Positions 25,357 to 35,015 of a DNA stretch of 40,000 nucleotides are shown here, one piece after another (the stretch's first letter is position 1; every line of letters starts with the position of its first letter). Under the pieces are notes generated by a model. The model saw nothing but the letters and a program-made list of their open reading frames with translations, did no database searches and was not told the DNA's origin. This DNA comes from Pseudomonadota bacterium. Its GTDB lineage: Bacteria; Desulfobacterota; Desulfobacteria; Desulfobacterales; Desulfobacteraceae. The translations under genes and the position numbers were made by a program. The DNA lies in assembly GCA_043826275.1 (NCBI GenBank), contig JBDRQO010000041.1, forward strand, positions 9,809 through 49,808, written 5' to 3'.

Positions 25357-25974
25357 ATGAAGAAGATTTTAAGTTTTTTAGTGGTTGCGACGTTTTTAGT
25401 GTTGCCAATCAGTGCTTTTGCAAATTATCTTTACACGGACAATATGCAAATTTCTGGGAGCGGAAGTGCTTGGAATAGATGGTTGACAGATTATCAAACT
25501 TCAGATGGCAATGAAGCCTTTTGTGTTGAAAATGTCGCTTTAGATCCAAGGAATATCAGTTATGATTTTTATACTATAGATAGCTCATTAACAGATCTGT
25601 ATTCTTTAAATTCAGATTATGTGGATTTGCTTAAAGAAGCCACTTGGTATGCTAACGCTTGGAGCACTGGATACGCCTCAAAGGCAGATGCCCAGGTCGC
25701 AATTTGGAAAACCTTATTCCTCGAGGTTTTAACGTCTCCCACAGCTGGCGCTGCTTCACTAATGGATGCATTTGATAATGCCACTGCCGAAAATCAGGGC
25801 GCTTATACCGCTGATTGGCTTTTCGCTGTAAGCCCTTCTGAACCTGGCGTGATTGAAATTCCTGAAAAAGGTCAGAATTTTCTCGTAGCGGCACCAGTTC
25901 CTGAGCCAGCAACAATGCTGCTATTTGGCCTCGGCCTTCTCGGCTTCGCTAGAGTAAGCAGAAGAAAAAAATAG
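25357..25974 (+). CDS. PEP-CTERM sorting-domain secreted protein (exosortase substrate type)
   Basis: Trimmed to the ATG at 25357 (AGGAGA 6 nt upstream). Signal peptide MKKILSFLVVATFLVLPISAFA. The C-terminus PVPEPATMLLFGLGLLGFARVSRRKK has the PEP motif, a TM helix and a basic tail. Confidence 0.85.
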   Translation: MKKILSFLVVATFLVLPISAFANYLYTDNMQISGSGSAWNRWLTDYQTSDGNEAFCVENVALDPRNISYDFYTIDSSLTDLYSLNSDYVDLLKEATWYANAWSTGYASKADAQVAIWKTLFLEVLTSPTAGAASLMDAFDNATAENQGAYTADWLFAVSPSEPGVIEIPEKGQNFLVAAPVPEPATMLLFGLGLLGFARVSRRKK

Positions 25975-26000
25975 TACCACGTTATATAGAATTAGCTTTG

Positions 26001-26034
26001 AAGGCAGGGTCATTCTTTGGCCCTGCCTTTTTTA
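26001..26034 (+). terminator. Rho-independent terminator after the PEP-CTERM gene
   Basis: AAGGCAGGG (26001-26009) pairs with CCCTGCCTT (26021-26029); the stem can extend by a G-U and a C-G pair. It is followed by TTTTTATTT and starts 27 nt after the stop. Confidence 0.75.
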
Positions 26035-26281
26035 TTTATCTATTCCATACGCCCTGAATTTTGATTACATTATATCAACCAAAACGTGCATCCTATGCTG
26101 TCTTTCCACATTCCACTCAATAATATAAAAATATAAAAAGTATTGTAAATCTTTATATTTCATTTGATCACCTTTAACAGGATATTAAAGGCTGCTAATA
26201 TGACTCAATGATTATCCTATGCGTGGAATTTTTGTGGATATTCAATTATCAACAATATAAATTTAAAACTTGAGAGCATTT

Positions 26282-29149
26282 TTAAAATGTATATCCCATG
26301 GAAAAGTGCAGGCTGCCGCTGCTTTCACCCGGCAGAGGATCCAGTTTCCAGCCGTAGAGCAGCCCGATGGGACCGATGGGGGTCATATACCGGAGCCCCA
26401 GGCCGACGGAAGAGCGGAAATCCTCTGAACCGGCATTGCCAAATGTTTTCTTAAGTCGTCCCACATCATAAAATGCCGTGACCTCAACATTCATTCCCAC
26501 ATCATACCGGGTCTCAATACTGCCGAGAATTGCCTGTTGGCCGCCAACAGCATCACCGGTGTTATCAAACGCCAGCATGTTTTCGTCAAACCCCCTGACA
26601 GTTGATGTTCCGCCAAGGAAAAAAAGCTGATCCTCGGGAACGCTTTGATTCTCCCCATAGGGTTGAATGCTCCCGTACCGGGCTCTTACTGCCAGTGTCA
26701 ACGGATCAAACAGGGTGTAGTAGTAACGGGCATCAAGCCGGATCTTGATATAATCATCCAGGGTATTGTCAATCCCTTTTGAGATATCGGCAGACGCAGA
26801 TGAAAAGATCCCTTTCCTGGGACGGACAAAGGAATCTGTGGTCCTGTATATGACAGACGGACTTGTCACAAATATGTTCCTGGGATCATACCTTTCTGTA
26901 CTTGCCGGGGTCGAAGCAGTTTCGTCTGTCAAATATTGTTCCCGGAATTCATATTTGAATCCCAGATCAGTGGTCAGATTCTGCAATGGGAATTGCCGGG
27001 AAAAATTCTGGGAAAGGCTGACCGTTTGTATGCCGAAATCCTTATTAAACTCTTCTCGTTTTTCAGCAGCAAGCTTTGTGGTGGACGATATCCGGGTGGA
27101 AAGAAAACGTGGATCTGTCAGTGAAATACTGGCTTTGAAGCCGATCTGGCTCAGTTCAGCACTGGTTTCAATATTAAGGTTTTTTCCCAAAAAATTATGA
27201 TCTCCCAGCGTGGAATTGGCATAGAAATGCCTTTCCGTGTCATAGCCGGTTCCGATCTCAAAAAAATAGGGTTTTTTCTCTTCCACCTCTATGACAAGAT
27301 CCACCTGCTCAAATTTTTCCTTGAGACCCAGGGTTCGGAACCTTACCGAATCAATGGCATTCATATCGTTCAAGTTCCGCCGGCTTTCCAGCAGGCGTGT
27401 CAGGGACAGCGGTTCTCCTGTCGAAACGGTCATCACATCATTGAGGATGGTGTCTTTTGTCCTGAAATTGCCGGTATACAAAATCTGTCCAACAGATACA
27501 AAATGTCCTTGATTCACCTCATAGGAAAGATCAACCACGGATCGGTCTGTGTTAAAAGCAGCACTTCCTTTTACCTGGATATGGGGGTATCCCATTTCAG
27601 AGATCTGTTTTTTTAAAGCGTTCTCATCGCTTTTAACCATATATTCCCGATAAACCTCTCCCGGTTTAAGCGTGATTGTTTCCATTGCCGTTCCAGTTTC
27701 TATTGCCGTTCCAGTTTCCATGGCCAAAAGCCCTGGAAAAGAAACTTTTCCTATCCTTGACTGGACTCCTTCATCAATAACAATCTCTATTTCCAGCAAT
27801 TTAATCTGTTTTTCTTTTCGGGGCAGGGGATCCAGGGTTTTTATTTTTTTTTCAACCCGGGCACGGGTGTATCCTTCCTTTAAATAAAGCGTTCGGATGG
27901 CATTTAAATCCGCCTCCAGGGTTTTTAAGGCATAGCCCCCCTCTGCCAGAATTCCGGGCGGCCTTGTCAGTATCTGTTTTCTGATATTTTTTGTGTTGAT
28001 GCCATGATTCCCTTTAACGATGATGTTTGAGACAAGATATTGGAGCCCCTCATCAATGAGCACGGTCACATCCTGGATGGTTTTTTTTCCTTCTTTGCTC
28101 CGGCTGGAGTCAATTTTTATTCTGGCATCCATATATCCGGACAGGGCATATTTTGTTTTGATATTGCGGGTACTTTTTCTTAAAGCAACATTCCCCTTGT
28201 TTCCTTCTTTGACAAGGGTCATCTCCTTTCCCAGGGTTGAATCAAAAAACCGCCTGTTTCCTTTAAACCCTATTTTATAAAACGGGCCTTCCTGAATATC
28301 AAACCGGATATCCATGGTTTTTAGCGCTTCATTTTTTTGTGTCTGTCCCGTGACTTTTACATCGGCAAAACCTTTTTCGCGGTAAAATTGGAGAAAATTT
28401 TTAACATCTTCTTTGAATGTTTTTTCAGTGAATCTGTTGGCAATGCCGAACAGGATGGAGGATTTCCAGGTATTTGTTCTCATTTTTAATCGAAAGTCGG
28501 AGAAGGTCTCATTCCCCGGGATCACAACGGAGTTGATCCGGTAAAAGTCTCCTTTTTCAATATTGACCCGGACAATATAATTTTGATCTTTTTCATCTTT
28601 TTGGGCAAACACGGTTGCCTTTGGATCAAGAAATCCTTCTTTTTTAAACAGGGTTTCAATCCTGGCTTTTTGTTCGGCAAGCATCTGTTCTGAAAACGCA
28701 TCACCGTTATAAATGGTCATGACATTCATCACTTCTTTTTTAAAAATTGGAAAAGCGCCGGTTATCCGGATATCTTTGATTCTTTCAAAAGGGGTCAGCA
28801 AAAATACAAGATCAATTCCCTCTGGTGTTGTCGTGGGATCAGGAACCTCAATTTTTTTGAAAAGCCGTGATTCAGACAGTATGGCAATCGTGTCTGCTAC
28901 CGCCTGAATAGCGTAGGAATCCCCTTTTTTAAGGGGAATCAGATCCCTGGCAGTTGATTTCCACCTGTTGGCATCCCCTTTGAAATCGATAATTCGGATA
29001 TCAATTTTTGCAAGGGTCTCACCGGGCACGGGCTGTGGCGATATTTCTGCCAGACCTGAGCCTGAAAAGAGTACAGACAGCATCAGCACAACGATTAATT
29101 TATTCGTCAGGCTACCGGAATTCCAGGCGGTATTTGATTTCACCCCCAA
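26282..29149 (-). CDS. Omp85/BamA-superfamily outer-membrane protein, TamA-like partner of TamB (multi-POTRA, about 950 aa)
   Basis: Signal ...NKLIVVLMLSVLFSGSGLA. Repeated POTRA-like modules (e.g. FREKGFADVKV, YLKEGYTRARVE, ISEMGYPHIQV). C-terminal beta-barrel with GGxxTVRGF (LGGTSTVRGF) and terminal ...HFSMGYTF. The start is TTG 29149 or GTG 29143; both overlap the tamB stop (29112). Confidence 0.88.
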   Translation of the reverse strand: MGVKSNTAWNSGSLTNKLIVVLMLSVLFSGSGLAEISPQPVPGETLAKIDIRIIDFKGDANRWKSTARDLIPLKKGDSYAIQAVADTIAILSESRLFKKIEVPDPTTTPEGIDLVFLLTPFERIKDIRITGAFPIFKKEVMNVMTIYNGDAFSEQMLAEQKARIETLFKKEGFLDPKATVFAQKDEKDQNYIVRVNIEKGDFYRINSVVIPGNETFSDFRLKMRTNTWKSSILFGIANRFTEKTFKEDVKNFLQFYREKGFADVKVTGQTQKNEALKTMDIRFDIQEGPFYKIGFKGNRRFFDSTLGKEMTLVKEGNKGNVALRKSTRNIKTKYALSGYMDARIKIDSSRSKEGKKTIQDVTVLIDEGLQYLVSNIIVKGNHGINTKNIRKQILTRPPGILAEGGYALKTLEADLNAIRTLYLKEGYTRARVEKKIKTLDPLPRKEKQIKLLEIEIVIDEGVQSRIGKVSFPGLLAMETGTAIETGTAMETITLKPGEVYREYMVKSDENALKKQISEMGYPHIQVKGSAAFNTDRSVVDLSYEVNQGHFVSVGQILYTGNFRTKDTILNDVMTVSTGEPLSLTRLLESRRNLNDMNAIDSVRFRTLGLKEKFEQVDLVIEVEEKKPYFFEIGTGYDTERHFYANSTLGDHNFLGKNLNIETSAELSQIGFKASISLTDPRFLSTRISSTTKLAAEKREEFNKDFGIQTVSLSQNFSRQFPLQNLTTDLGFKYEFREQYLTDETASTPASTERYDPRNIFVTSPSVIYRTTDSFVRPRKGIFSSASADISKGIDNTLDDYIKIRLDARYYYTLFDPLTLAVRARYGSIQPYGENQSVPEDQLFFLGGTSTVRGFDENMLAFDNTGDAVGGQQAILGSIETRYDVGMNVEVTAFYDVGRLKKTFGNAGSEDFRSSVGLGLRYMTPIGPIGLLYGWKLDPLPGESSGSLHFSMGYTF
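27678..27725. repeat. In-frame 18-bp tandem repeat (about 2.7 copies) inside the TamA-like gene
   Basis: GTTTCCATTGCCGTTCCA / GTTTCTATTGCCGTTCCA / GTTTCCATGGCC. On the minus strand it encodes METGTA-IETGTA-METI. Confidence 0.85.
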
Positions 29150-32100
29150 ATTGGCCTCCTGTATCTTGAAATCCTCTCAGTAAAAGATTTTCCAATAATT
29201 TATAGTCTGTGTTCATCCGCTGGATTGTCTCTCCATTCCTTACATCCACCCCATATTTAACAGTCATCTGCCGGGAAAGGTCCTTGCCCACAACAACATT
29301 AACTCCCGGGACTCCCTGGGTATCGTTGTCTGGTTTTATTTCCAGATAATCAAGTCCTGAAGCATCCTTAATGTTTTTTTGAAGTGTTTCTGCAACAAAC
29401 CCTGCCAGAATCTCACTGGGTGAGAATGTGGATCCGCCGTCTGCCTGTCGCAGTTCTCGGGTTGTTTTCCCGAATGCCAGCAGAGAAAGAATATCAGCAT
29501 GCTGTTCTTCAGGGGTTGACCTGAAATTGAAATCAAGATTATCCGGCGTGCCTGAAACTGTCAGATAGATGGTCCAGGACCTGACTTCCAGATCAGCTTC
29601 CATATCAATGGAAGGTTCTATCTTATAGGGGTTGATAAAATCAATGATCCCTTTCCTGACCTCAAACTCATTTCCCTGAAATGTGATAGTACCAGAATCA
29701 ACCTGGGCTCTGCCGCTGATTACAGGCTCAGCAGCAGTCCCGGAAAGCTTCAGGTCAGGGCGGATGCTCAGGAGGGCCAGGTTGTTATCCACCCAGAAGG
29801 GTTCACGATGGCGGATATCAATATTCAAGGCCATTTTTTCCAGAAAAGAAATCGCTGGTTTTTCTTGAACCGGCTGGACCTCTCTTTTTTTTTCTACGGC
29901 ACCGGCCAGATCCAGTTCAATTGCCTTGGAATACCTGCCTTCAAGCAGGACGATTTCTCCGGTAAGATTGGATACGTCCCGGTTTCCTGTAAGGGAGAGA
30001 CTAGTGTTCAGGGTGATGTCCATGAGATCCGGGAATTCCAGGAAAAGCTGTTGCGCGCTGGCATTCAGGTCATATGATTCCGGTGTCAGGCCGTTCAGTC
30101 CTATCTTTCCTGAAAAATCAAAATTACCGTCATCCAATTGTCCGCTGACCCGGTCGATTTCAATTGAATCCGGTGTTATCCTGATGATACCGTTTATTCC
30201 CCTGAATTGTTGTTCCATACCCAAGACCGCCATGCCCATGCGGTCCAGTTTCAGATCACCGGTGAACCTGGGATCTGAAATTGTCCCTTTTAGTGAGGCA
30301 GACAGTATCATATTCCCTGAAGCATTGCTGATATCTTCAAAAACAGGCGTGATGGCTTCAAACGGTATCTGCCCCTTGAGTTCAAGAAAGAGGTCTTCCC
30401 TGAAAGACCCTTCTCCTTTTATTTTGATGCCTTCCTGTCCCAGAATCGTAATCCTGGCTTCCGGAAGGCTGAATCTGCCGTCAGCCATGGACAGGTTCAA
30501 GCCGGGGATATGGATAAATTCATTTTTCTTGAAACGCAGGGCCGTGTTTTTAATCTCTGCTGTTGCCCGGATCATGGGAAGGTCATCCACGCGGCCGCTT
30601 GCTGTTATGGAACCGTTCATTCTGCCGGAAAAGGTCTCCTGTCCGGCAGCATTAAAATACGGAGACAGGTCAAGCTTTGCCATGTCAACAGAGGCCAAAA
30701 AGGTTTTGTCTTCAAAGTGATACTCCCCTTCAAGCAATGCTCCCATCTGGCCTTTTACCCGGGCAATCCGGTTTTTTATTTCAATGGTAAGATCCATGTC
30801 ATCCAGGGGCTCATTTTTGATTTCAATGCCACGGATATTGATTTGGCTGTTGATAACCGGTGTTTCTATTGTGCCGGCACAGGACAGGTCCATGGTCATC
30901 CGGCCGCTGGTCAGGGCGGTATCGCTGATGACATCAATGGCAGTTAAGGGAAAATCCTGACTGGACAGGCTGAGCTCAAAGCGTTTGTCTGAATAGGATG
31001 CCCATCCTTGACCCTTAACAGCGGCATCCGGTGTCACCCGGATGTCGAGATCTTTCACATGGATGGTCTGTCCTTTCAGCAGCGTTTTCAGGGAAAAGTG
31101 ATCTATTGTCTGTCCTCCCAGGTTAAGCTTGCTGCCCTCCATGTCCAGATTTCCTGACATATTATCAAAAGTCCCTTTGACAATTCCGTTAACAGACAGA
31201 CGTCCTTGCATTTGATCTGAAAAATCAGCAAGAAAGAGGGACCCCCCTGTAAGGGACAGTCTGAATTCAGGGTCGTCCATCAGGGAGAAGTCCTCTTCTA
31301 TCATTTTGACACTGCCCGTGGCTGCCAGCAATGACCCTTTATTGGTCAATCGAAGGTCATCAATGAAAAAAGTCCTCTGGGAAAACCTCAGATTCAACAA
31401 TGCATCACCAATCGTGTAGGATCCGGATGAAAGTCCTTTTCCGGATGCTTCAAGGAGAGCTGTTGGATCTGTCCTGGTGCCGGTCAAACGGCCGCTGCCG
31501 CTGAAAACGCCTTTCAAACCCGCCTTGGGTGAAAAGTCTGACAGCTCAACATTATCAAAAGAAAGACCAAGGTCCATGGGCAGGGTTTTGTTCAGTTTGA
31601 AATTGTCCTCAAACAGGTCTGCCCAACCGGTTGCCGTTATGCTCGATCCCTGGTTTTCCAGGGTCAGTCGATCAATAACGGCCCGTCCGTTGCTGTTGAT
31701 AAGTGCTGTCAATGCAAGGTTCCCCAAAAAAATATCTCTCACGCCCAGATTGTCTGACTTAAGGTCCAGCCTGAAATCAGGGGAAAGATAAGATCCGGTG
31801 ACCCGGGCTGAAAGATTGACCCCTCCGGTCCCTTTTATATGGATCAGGCCGGGGGTCGATGAAAGGTCATCCACCTTGAGTTCAAGGTTTCCTGTAAGTT
31901 TTCCGGATAAAGGCTCAAACTCACTTTCTCCAAAAAGGTGTATCCCTTCTGATACAGCAGTGAAGGATTTTAAAACCGCCTTGTTATTCTCAAATTTGGC
32001 ATCTGCCTTAATTTCAACATCAATGGGAACATCCATTGCATCTGTTTTAAATTTTTTTGCCGTCAGATCAAACCCAAGGTTTGCCGTGAGTCGATCAGGG

Positions 32101-32789
32101 TCAATTCCTTTCCCTTTCAGACGGATATGGGACACGACACTGCCGCTGATACCAGGGATATCCGGTAAAAGGGCTGATAATTGTTGCAGCGGTATTTGTG
32201 CCGTCATTGTCATGTCTAACACAGGGGTCTTAAACACATCCTTTATTGATCCGTGAACATCCACACCTGACACTGAGACTGATTTCTTCCCCGGCAGACG
32301 GTACTGCGCTGAACCATCTGTTATAACAAACTTGTCGATTGTAATATTGAAAGGGAATGTCATGGATGATTTTTCAGGTTTTTCAGAAGCAGGATCCGGC
32401 GGTTGAAAGGCTTTGACAAGGTTAAGCGTGCCGTCATCGTCTTCTTCGATTGTCATTGTTGGTGATTCAAGCACAATTGAAGAAAAAGAGACATCTCCTT
32501 TCAGAAGCTTGACCCAGTCAATATTCACAGACAGTCGTTTAACCAGGCCCAATTGTTTTTTGTCCTGTCCCTTTAGATCGAGTCCCTCAAGCTCGACACG
32601 TCCTGAAAAAGGCGATATGCTGATTTTTTTCCAGAATATTTCACCCGACAGACGGGTATTGACTGCTGTTTGAATCTTTGTTTGAACCGATGCTGTTTCC
32701 AGGTAAAAGACACCGCAGAAAAGAATCATAAAAAGTAATCCCAAAAAAACACCTGTTATGATTGCAGCTCTTTTTTTTATTCCTGACAA
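29112..32789 (-). CDS. tamB: Translocation and assembly module protein TamB (AsmA-like, DUF490 C-terminus)
   Basis: TTG start at 32789 (TAAGGA upstream). N-terminal anchor AAIITGVFLGLLFMILFCGVFYL. A long beta-rich repetitive body (G.I.L.G....P...L.L). The C-terminus ...YLEIKPD...VVVGKDLSRQMTVKYGVDV...FGGEIKYRLEFR is typical of TamB. Confidence 0.88.
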   Translation of the reverse strand: MSGIKKRAAIITGVFLGLLFMILFCGVFYLETASVQTKIQTAVNTRLSGEIFWKKISISPFSGRVELEGLDLKGQDKKQLGLVKRLSVNIDWVKLLKGDVSFSSIVLESPTMTIEEDDDGTLNLVKAFQPPDPASEKPEKSSMTFPFNITIDKFVITDGSAQYRLPGKKSVSVSGVDVHGSIKDVFKTPVLDMTMTAQIPLQQLSALLPDIPGISGSVVSHIRLKGKGIDPDRLTANLGFDLTAKKFKTDAMDVPIDVEIKADAKFENNKAVLKSFTAVSEGIHLFGESEFEPLSGKLTGNLELKVDDLSSTPGLIHIKGTGGVNLSARVTGSYLSPDFRLDLKSDNLGVRDIFLGNLALTALINSNGRAVIDRLTLENQGSSITATGWADLFEDNFKLNKTLPMDLGLSFDNVELSDFSPKAGLKGVFSGSGRLTGTRTDPTALLEASGKGLSSGSYTIGDALLNLRFSQRTFFIDDLRLTNKGSLLAATGSVKMIEEDFSLMDDPEFRLSLTGGSLFLADFSDQMQGRLSVNGIVKGTFDNMSGNLDMEGSKLNLGGQTIDHFSLKTLLKGQTIHVKDLDIRVTPDAAVKGQGWASYSDKRFELSLSSQDFPLTAIDVISDTALTSGRMTMDLSCAGTIETPVINSQINIRGIEIKNEPLDDMDLTIEIKNRIARVKGQMGALLEGEYHFEDKTFLASVDMAKLDLSPYFNAAGQETFSGRMNGSITASGRVDDLPMIRATAEIKNTALRFKKNEFIHIPGLNLSMADGRFSLPEARITILGQEGIKIKGEGSFREDLFLELKGQIPFEAITPVFEDISNASGNMILSASLKGTISDPRFTGDLKLDRMGMAVLGMEQQFRGINGIIRITPDSIEIDRVSGQLDDGNFDFSGKIGLNGLTPESYDLNASAQQLFLEFPDLMDITLNTSLSLTGNRDVSNLTGEIVLLEGRYSKAIELDLAGAVEKKREVQPVQEKPAISFLEKMALNIDIRHREPFWVDNNLALLSIRPDLKLSGTAAEPVISGRAQVDSGTITFQGNEFEVRKGIIDFINPYKIEPSIDMEADLEVRSWTIYLTVSGTPDNLDFNFRSTPEEQHADILSLLAFGKTTRELRQADGGSTFSPSEILAGFVAETLQKNIKDASGLDYLEIKPDNDTQGVPGVNVVVGKDLSRQMTVKYGVDVRNGETIQRMNTDYKLLENLLLRGFQDTGGQFGGEIKYRLEFR

Positions 32790-32992
32790 ATAATATCCTT
32801 ATAGAAGGGTTGGATGCAGCAAGGGAATAAGACATCCGTAATTATGTTGATCCGAGTCGATAAAAATAGCCGGATGATTTGGGTAGTATATCATGGGAAT
32901 CAAAATTAAATCAAATCATTGCTTTTATAAATCAAAATCACTTTTTTCCTTTTTCTCCAAACTGTTGAAGCCGAAGGGTCTTTTGAGCAATG

Positions 32993-33022
32993 AGAGGAGC
33001 GGCACTTTGAATCCGCTCCTCT
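32993..33022 (-). terminator. Hairpin downstream of dnaK (putative terminator; weak U-tract)
   Basis: AGAGGAGCGG (32993-33002) pairs with CCGCTCCTCT (33013-33022) across a 10-nt loop, ~30 nt after the dnaK stop. The T-run is better on the plus side (TTTATGTT) than on the minus side. Confidence 0.45.
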
Positions 33023-33052
33023 TTATGTTCTGTTAATTAATAAAATATAGTC

Positions 33053-34939
33053 TTAAGCCACTTCTTCAAATTCTGCATCCACGATATCCTCATCTTTATT
33101 TGCGGATGATGTTGGGTTTTGATCGTCATTTCCGCCTGGCTGCCGGTACATCTGCTCTGCCATTTTGTTTGCGGCCTGGGTCAGAGTTTCTGTAATCTGC
33201 TGAATACGGTGTGTGTCTTCTGTTTTTAATGCCTGTTTCAGGTTGCTGACAGTGTTTTCTATTTCCATCCGGACACCCGGGTCAATCTTTGTGCCCATTT
33301 GGGCCATGGTTTTTTCTGTGGTGTGGATCAAGGCGTCTGCCATGTTCCGGGAATCCACCAGTTGTTTTTTCTTTCGGTCCTCTGCTTCATGCAATTGGGC
33401 ATCCTTTAGCAGCCGGTCAATATCTTCCTTTGACAGACCGGATGAAGAGGTGATCCGGATGGACTGTTCCTTGCCGGTGGCTTTGTCTCTGGCAGACACA
33501 TTCACAATCCCGTTGGCATCTATGTCAAAGGTGACCTCGATTTGAGGTGTACCTCGGGGTGCCGGTTGAATTCCCACCAGATCAAATCGCCCCAGAACTT
33601 TGTTTCCGGATGCAATTTCCCGTTCACCCTGGAGGACTTGAATGGATACCGCAGACTGGTTGTCTTCTGCCGTGGAAAAAATCTGGGTTTTCAGAACCGG
33701 GATGGTGGTGTTTCTGTCAATCAGCCGGGTCATGACCCCGCCCATGGTTTCAATTCCCAAGGACAAGGGGGTGACGTCCAGCAGGAGGACATCTTTTAAG
33801 TCACCTTTCAGAACAGCTCCCTGGACAGCAGCGCCAAGCGCCACGACTTCATCCGGGTTCACGCCTTTATTGGGTTCCTTTCCGAATATTCTTTTAACCT
33901 GATCCTGTACCGCCGGCATCCGGGTCATTCCGCCGACAAGGATGACTTCATTGATGTCCTGCGGCGACAGGCCGGCATCTTTGAGCGCTGTTCTGCAGGG
34001 CCTTTCAAGTTTGTCCAGTAAGCTTGACATCAGGGATTCCAGCTTGGCTCTTGTTATTTTAATATTCAAGTGCCTGGGCCCTGACCCATCTGCTGTGATA
34101 AAGGGCAGATTGACATTTGTTTCCATGGATGTGGACAATTCCATTTTTGCTTTTTCAGCAGCCTCCTTTAATCGCTGCAGGGCCATTTTATCTTTTCTCA
34201 GGTCTATCCCCTGATCCTTGCGGAATTCTTCTGAAAGATACTCGATGAGTATAAAGTCAAAGTCTTCTCCTCCAAGATGTGTATCACCATTGGTTGACTT
34301 AACTTCAAATACACCATCACCAATTTCCAGAATTGAAATATCAAACGTCCCTCCACCCAAATCAAAGACTGCTATCTTTTCCTCTTTCTTTTTATCCAGC
34401 CCATATGCCAATGAGGCTGCAGTGGGTTCATTAATAATTCGAAGTACATTAAGTCCTGCAATTTTTCCTGCATCCTTAGTTGCCTGTCTTTGACTATCAT
34501 CAAAGTATGCAGGAACCGTAATAACGGCATCAGTTACTTTTTCACCAAGAAAATGTTCTACGAATTTTCGTATATCAGCCAGGATATACGAGGACACCTC
34601 AGCCGGACTGTATTGTTTCCCCCTCAGGTTGATACAGACATCGCCATTCCCTGCCTTTTCAACGCTGAAAGGAAAATTTTTAATATCCTTCTGAACTTCA
34701 GGTGAATCAAATTTTCTCCCGATGAGTCTTTTAATGCCAAAGACTGTATTTGCCGGATTTGTTATGGCTTGTCTTTTAGCAATCTGGCCCATCAACCGCT
34801 CACCACTTTCAGACACTGCCATTACCGATGGAGTGGTTCGCCCGCCTTCCAGATTCGTAATGACCTTTGCCTCGCCCCCTTCCATAATCGATACACAGGA
34901 ATTTGTGGTTCCCAGGTCTATTCCAATTATTTTGCTCAT
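33053..34939 (-). CDS. dnaK: Molecular chaperone DnaK (Hsp70)
   Basis: Canonical [35 protein letters not shown], and a C-terminal acidic tail ending [14 protein letters not shown] lies upstream of the ATG at 34939. No grpE or dnaJ is adjacent. Confidence 0.97.
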   Translation of the reverse strand: MSKIIGIDLGTTNSCVSIMEGGEAKVITNLEGGRTTPSVMAVSESGERLMGQIAKRQAITNPANTVFGIKRLIGRKFDSPEVQKDIKNFPFSVEKAGNGDVCINLRGKQYSPAEVSSYILADIRKFVEHFLGEKVTDAVITVPAYFDDSQRQATKDAGKIAGLNVLRIINEPTAASLAYGLDKKKEEKIAVFDLGGGTFDISILEIGDGVFEVKSTNGDTHLGGEDFDFILIEYLSEEFRKDQGIDLRKDKMALQRLKEAAEKAKMELSTSMETNVNLPFITADGSGPRHLNIKITRAKLESLMSSLLDKLERPCRTALKDAGLSPQDINEVILVGGMTRMPAVQDQVKRIFGKEPNKGVNPDEVVALGAAVQGAVLKGDLKDVLLLDVTPLSLGIETMGGVMTRLIDRNTTIPVLKTQIFSTAEDNQSAVSIQVLQGEREIASGNKVLGRFDLVGIQPAPRGTPQIEVTFDIDANGIVNVSARDKATGKEQSIRITSSSGLSKEDIDRLLKDAQLHEAEDRKKKQLVDSRNMADALIHTTEKTMAQMGTKIDPGVRMEIENTVSNLKQALKTEDTHRIQQITETLTQAANKMAEQMYRQPGGNDDQNPTSSANKDEDIVDAEFEEVA

Positions 34940-34993
34940 TTTATTAAGTCTCCTGTTTTATACACCTATAATTTATTGCTTTAATAATAAAGC

Positions 34994-35015
34994 ACACGAG
35001 AAATTTTTCTCATGT
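34994..35015. promoter_or_regulatory. 22-bp near-perfect palindrome in the dnaK leader/promoter region (candidate operator)
   Basis: ACACGAGAAA-TT-TTTCTCATGT has 9/10 complementary arm positions and lies 55-75 nt upstream of the dnaK ATG. It does not match CIRCE. Confidence 0.35.

Noticed and set aside
26106-26238. Inverted TCCACA..TTCCAC / GTGGAA..TGTGGA elements ~105 bp apart in the convergent spacer between the PEP-CTERM gene and the TamA-like gene
   Set aside because: The arms are short and imperfect, and the intervening sequence does not pair. No promoter is needed in a convergent spacer. I cannot separate this from chance in AT-rich DNA.
27678-27725. Possible CRISPR-like or intergenic repeat array
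   Set aside because: There are only ~2.7 contiguous 18-bp units with no spacers, in frame within a coding region. It is a coding micro-tandem repeat, not CRISPR.
29926-30720. 264-aa plus-strand ORF antisense to tamB
   Set aside because: It is a Ser/Pro/Arg-rich shadow of the repetitive TamB coding frame.
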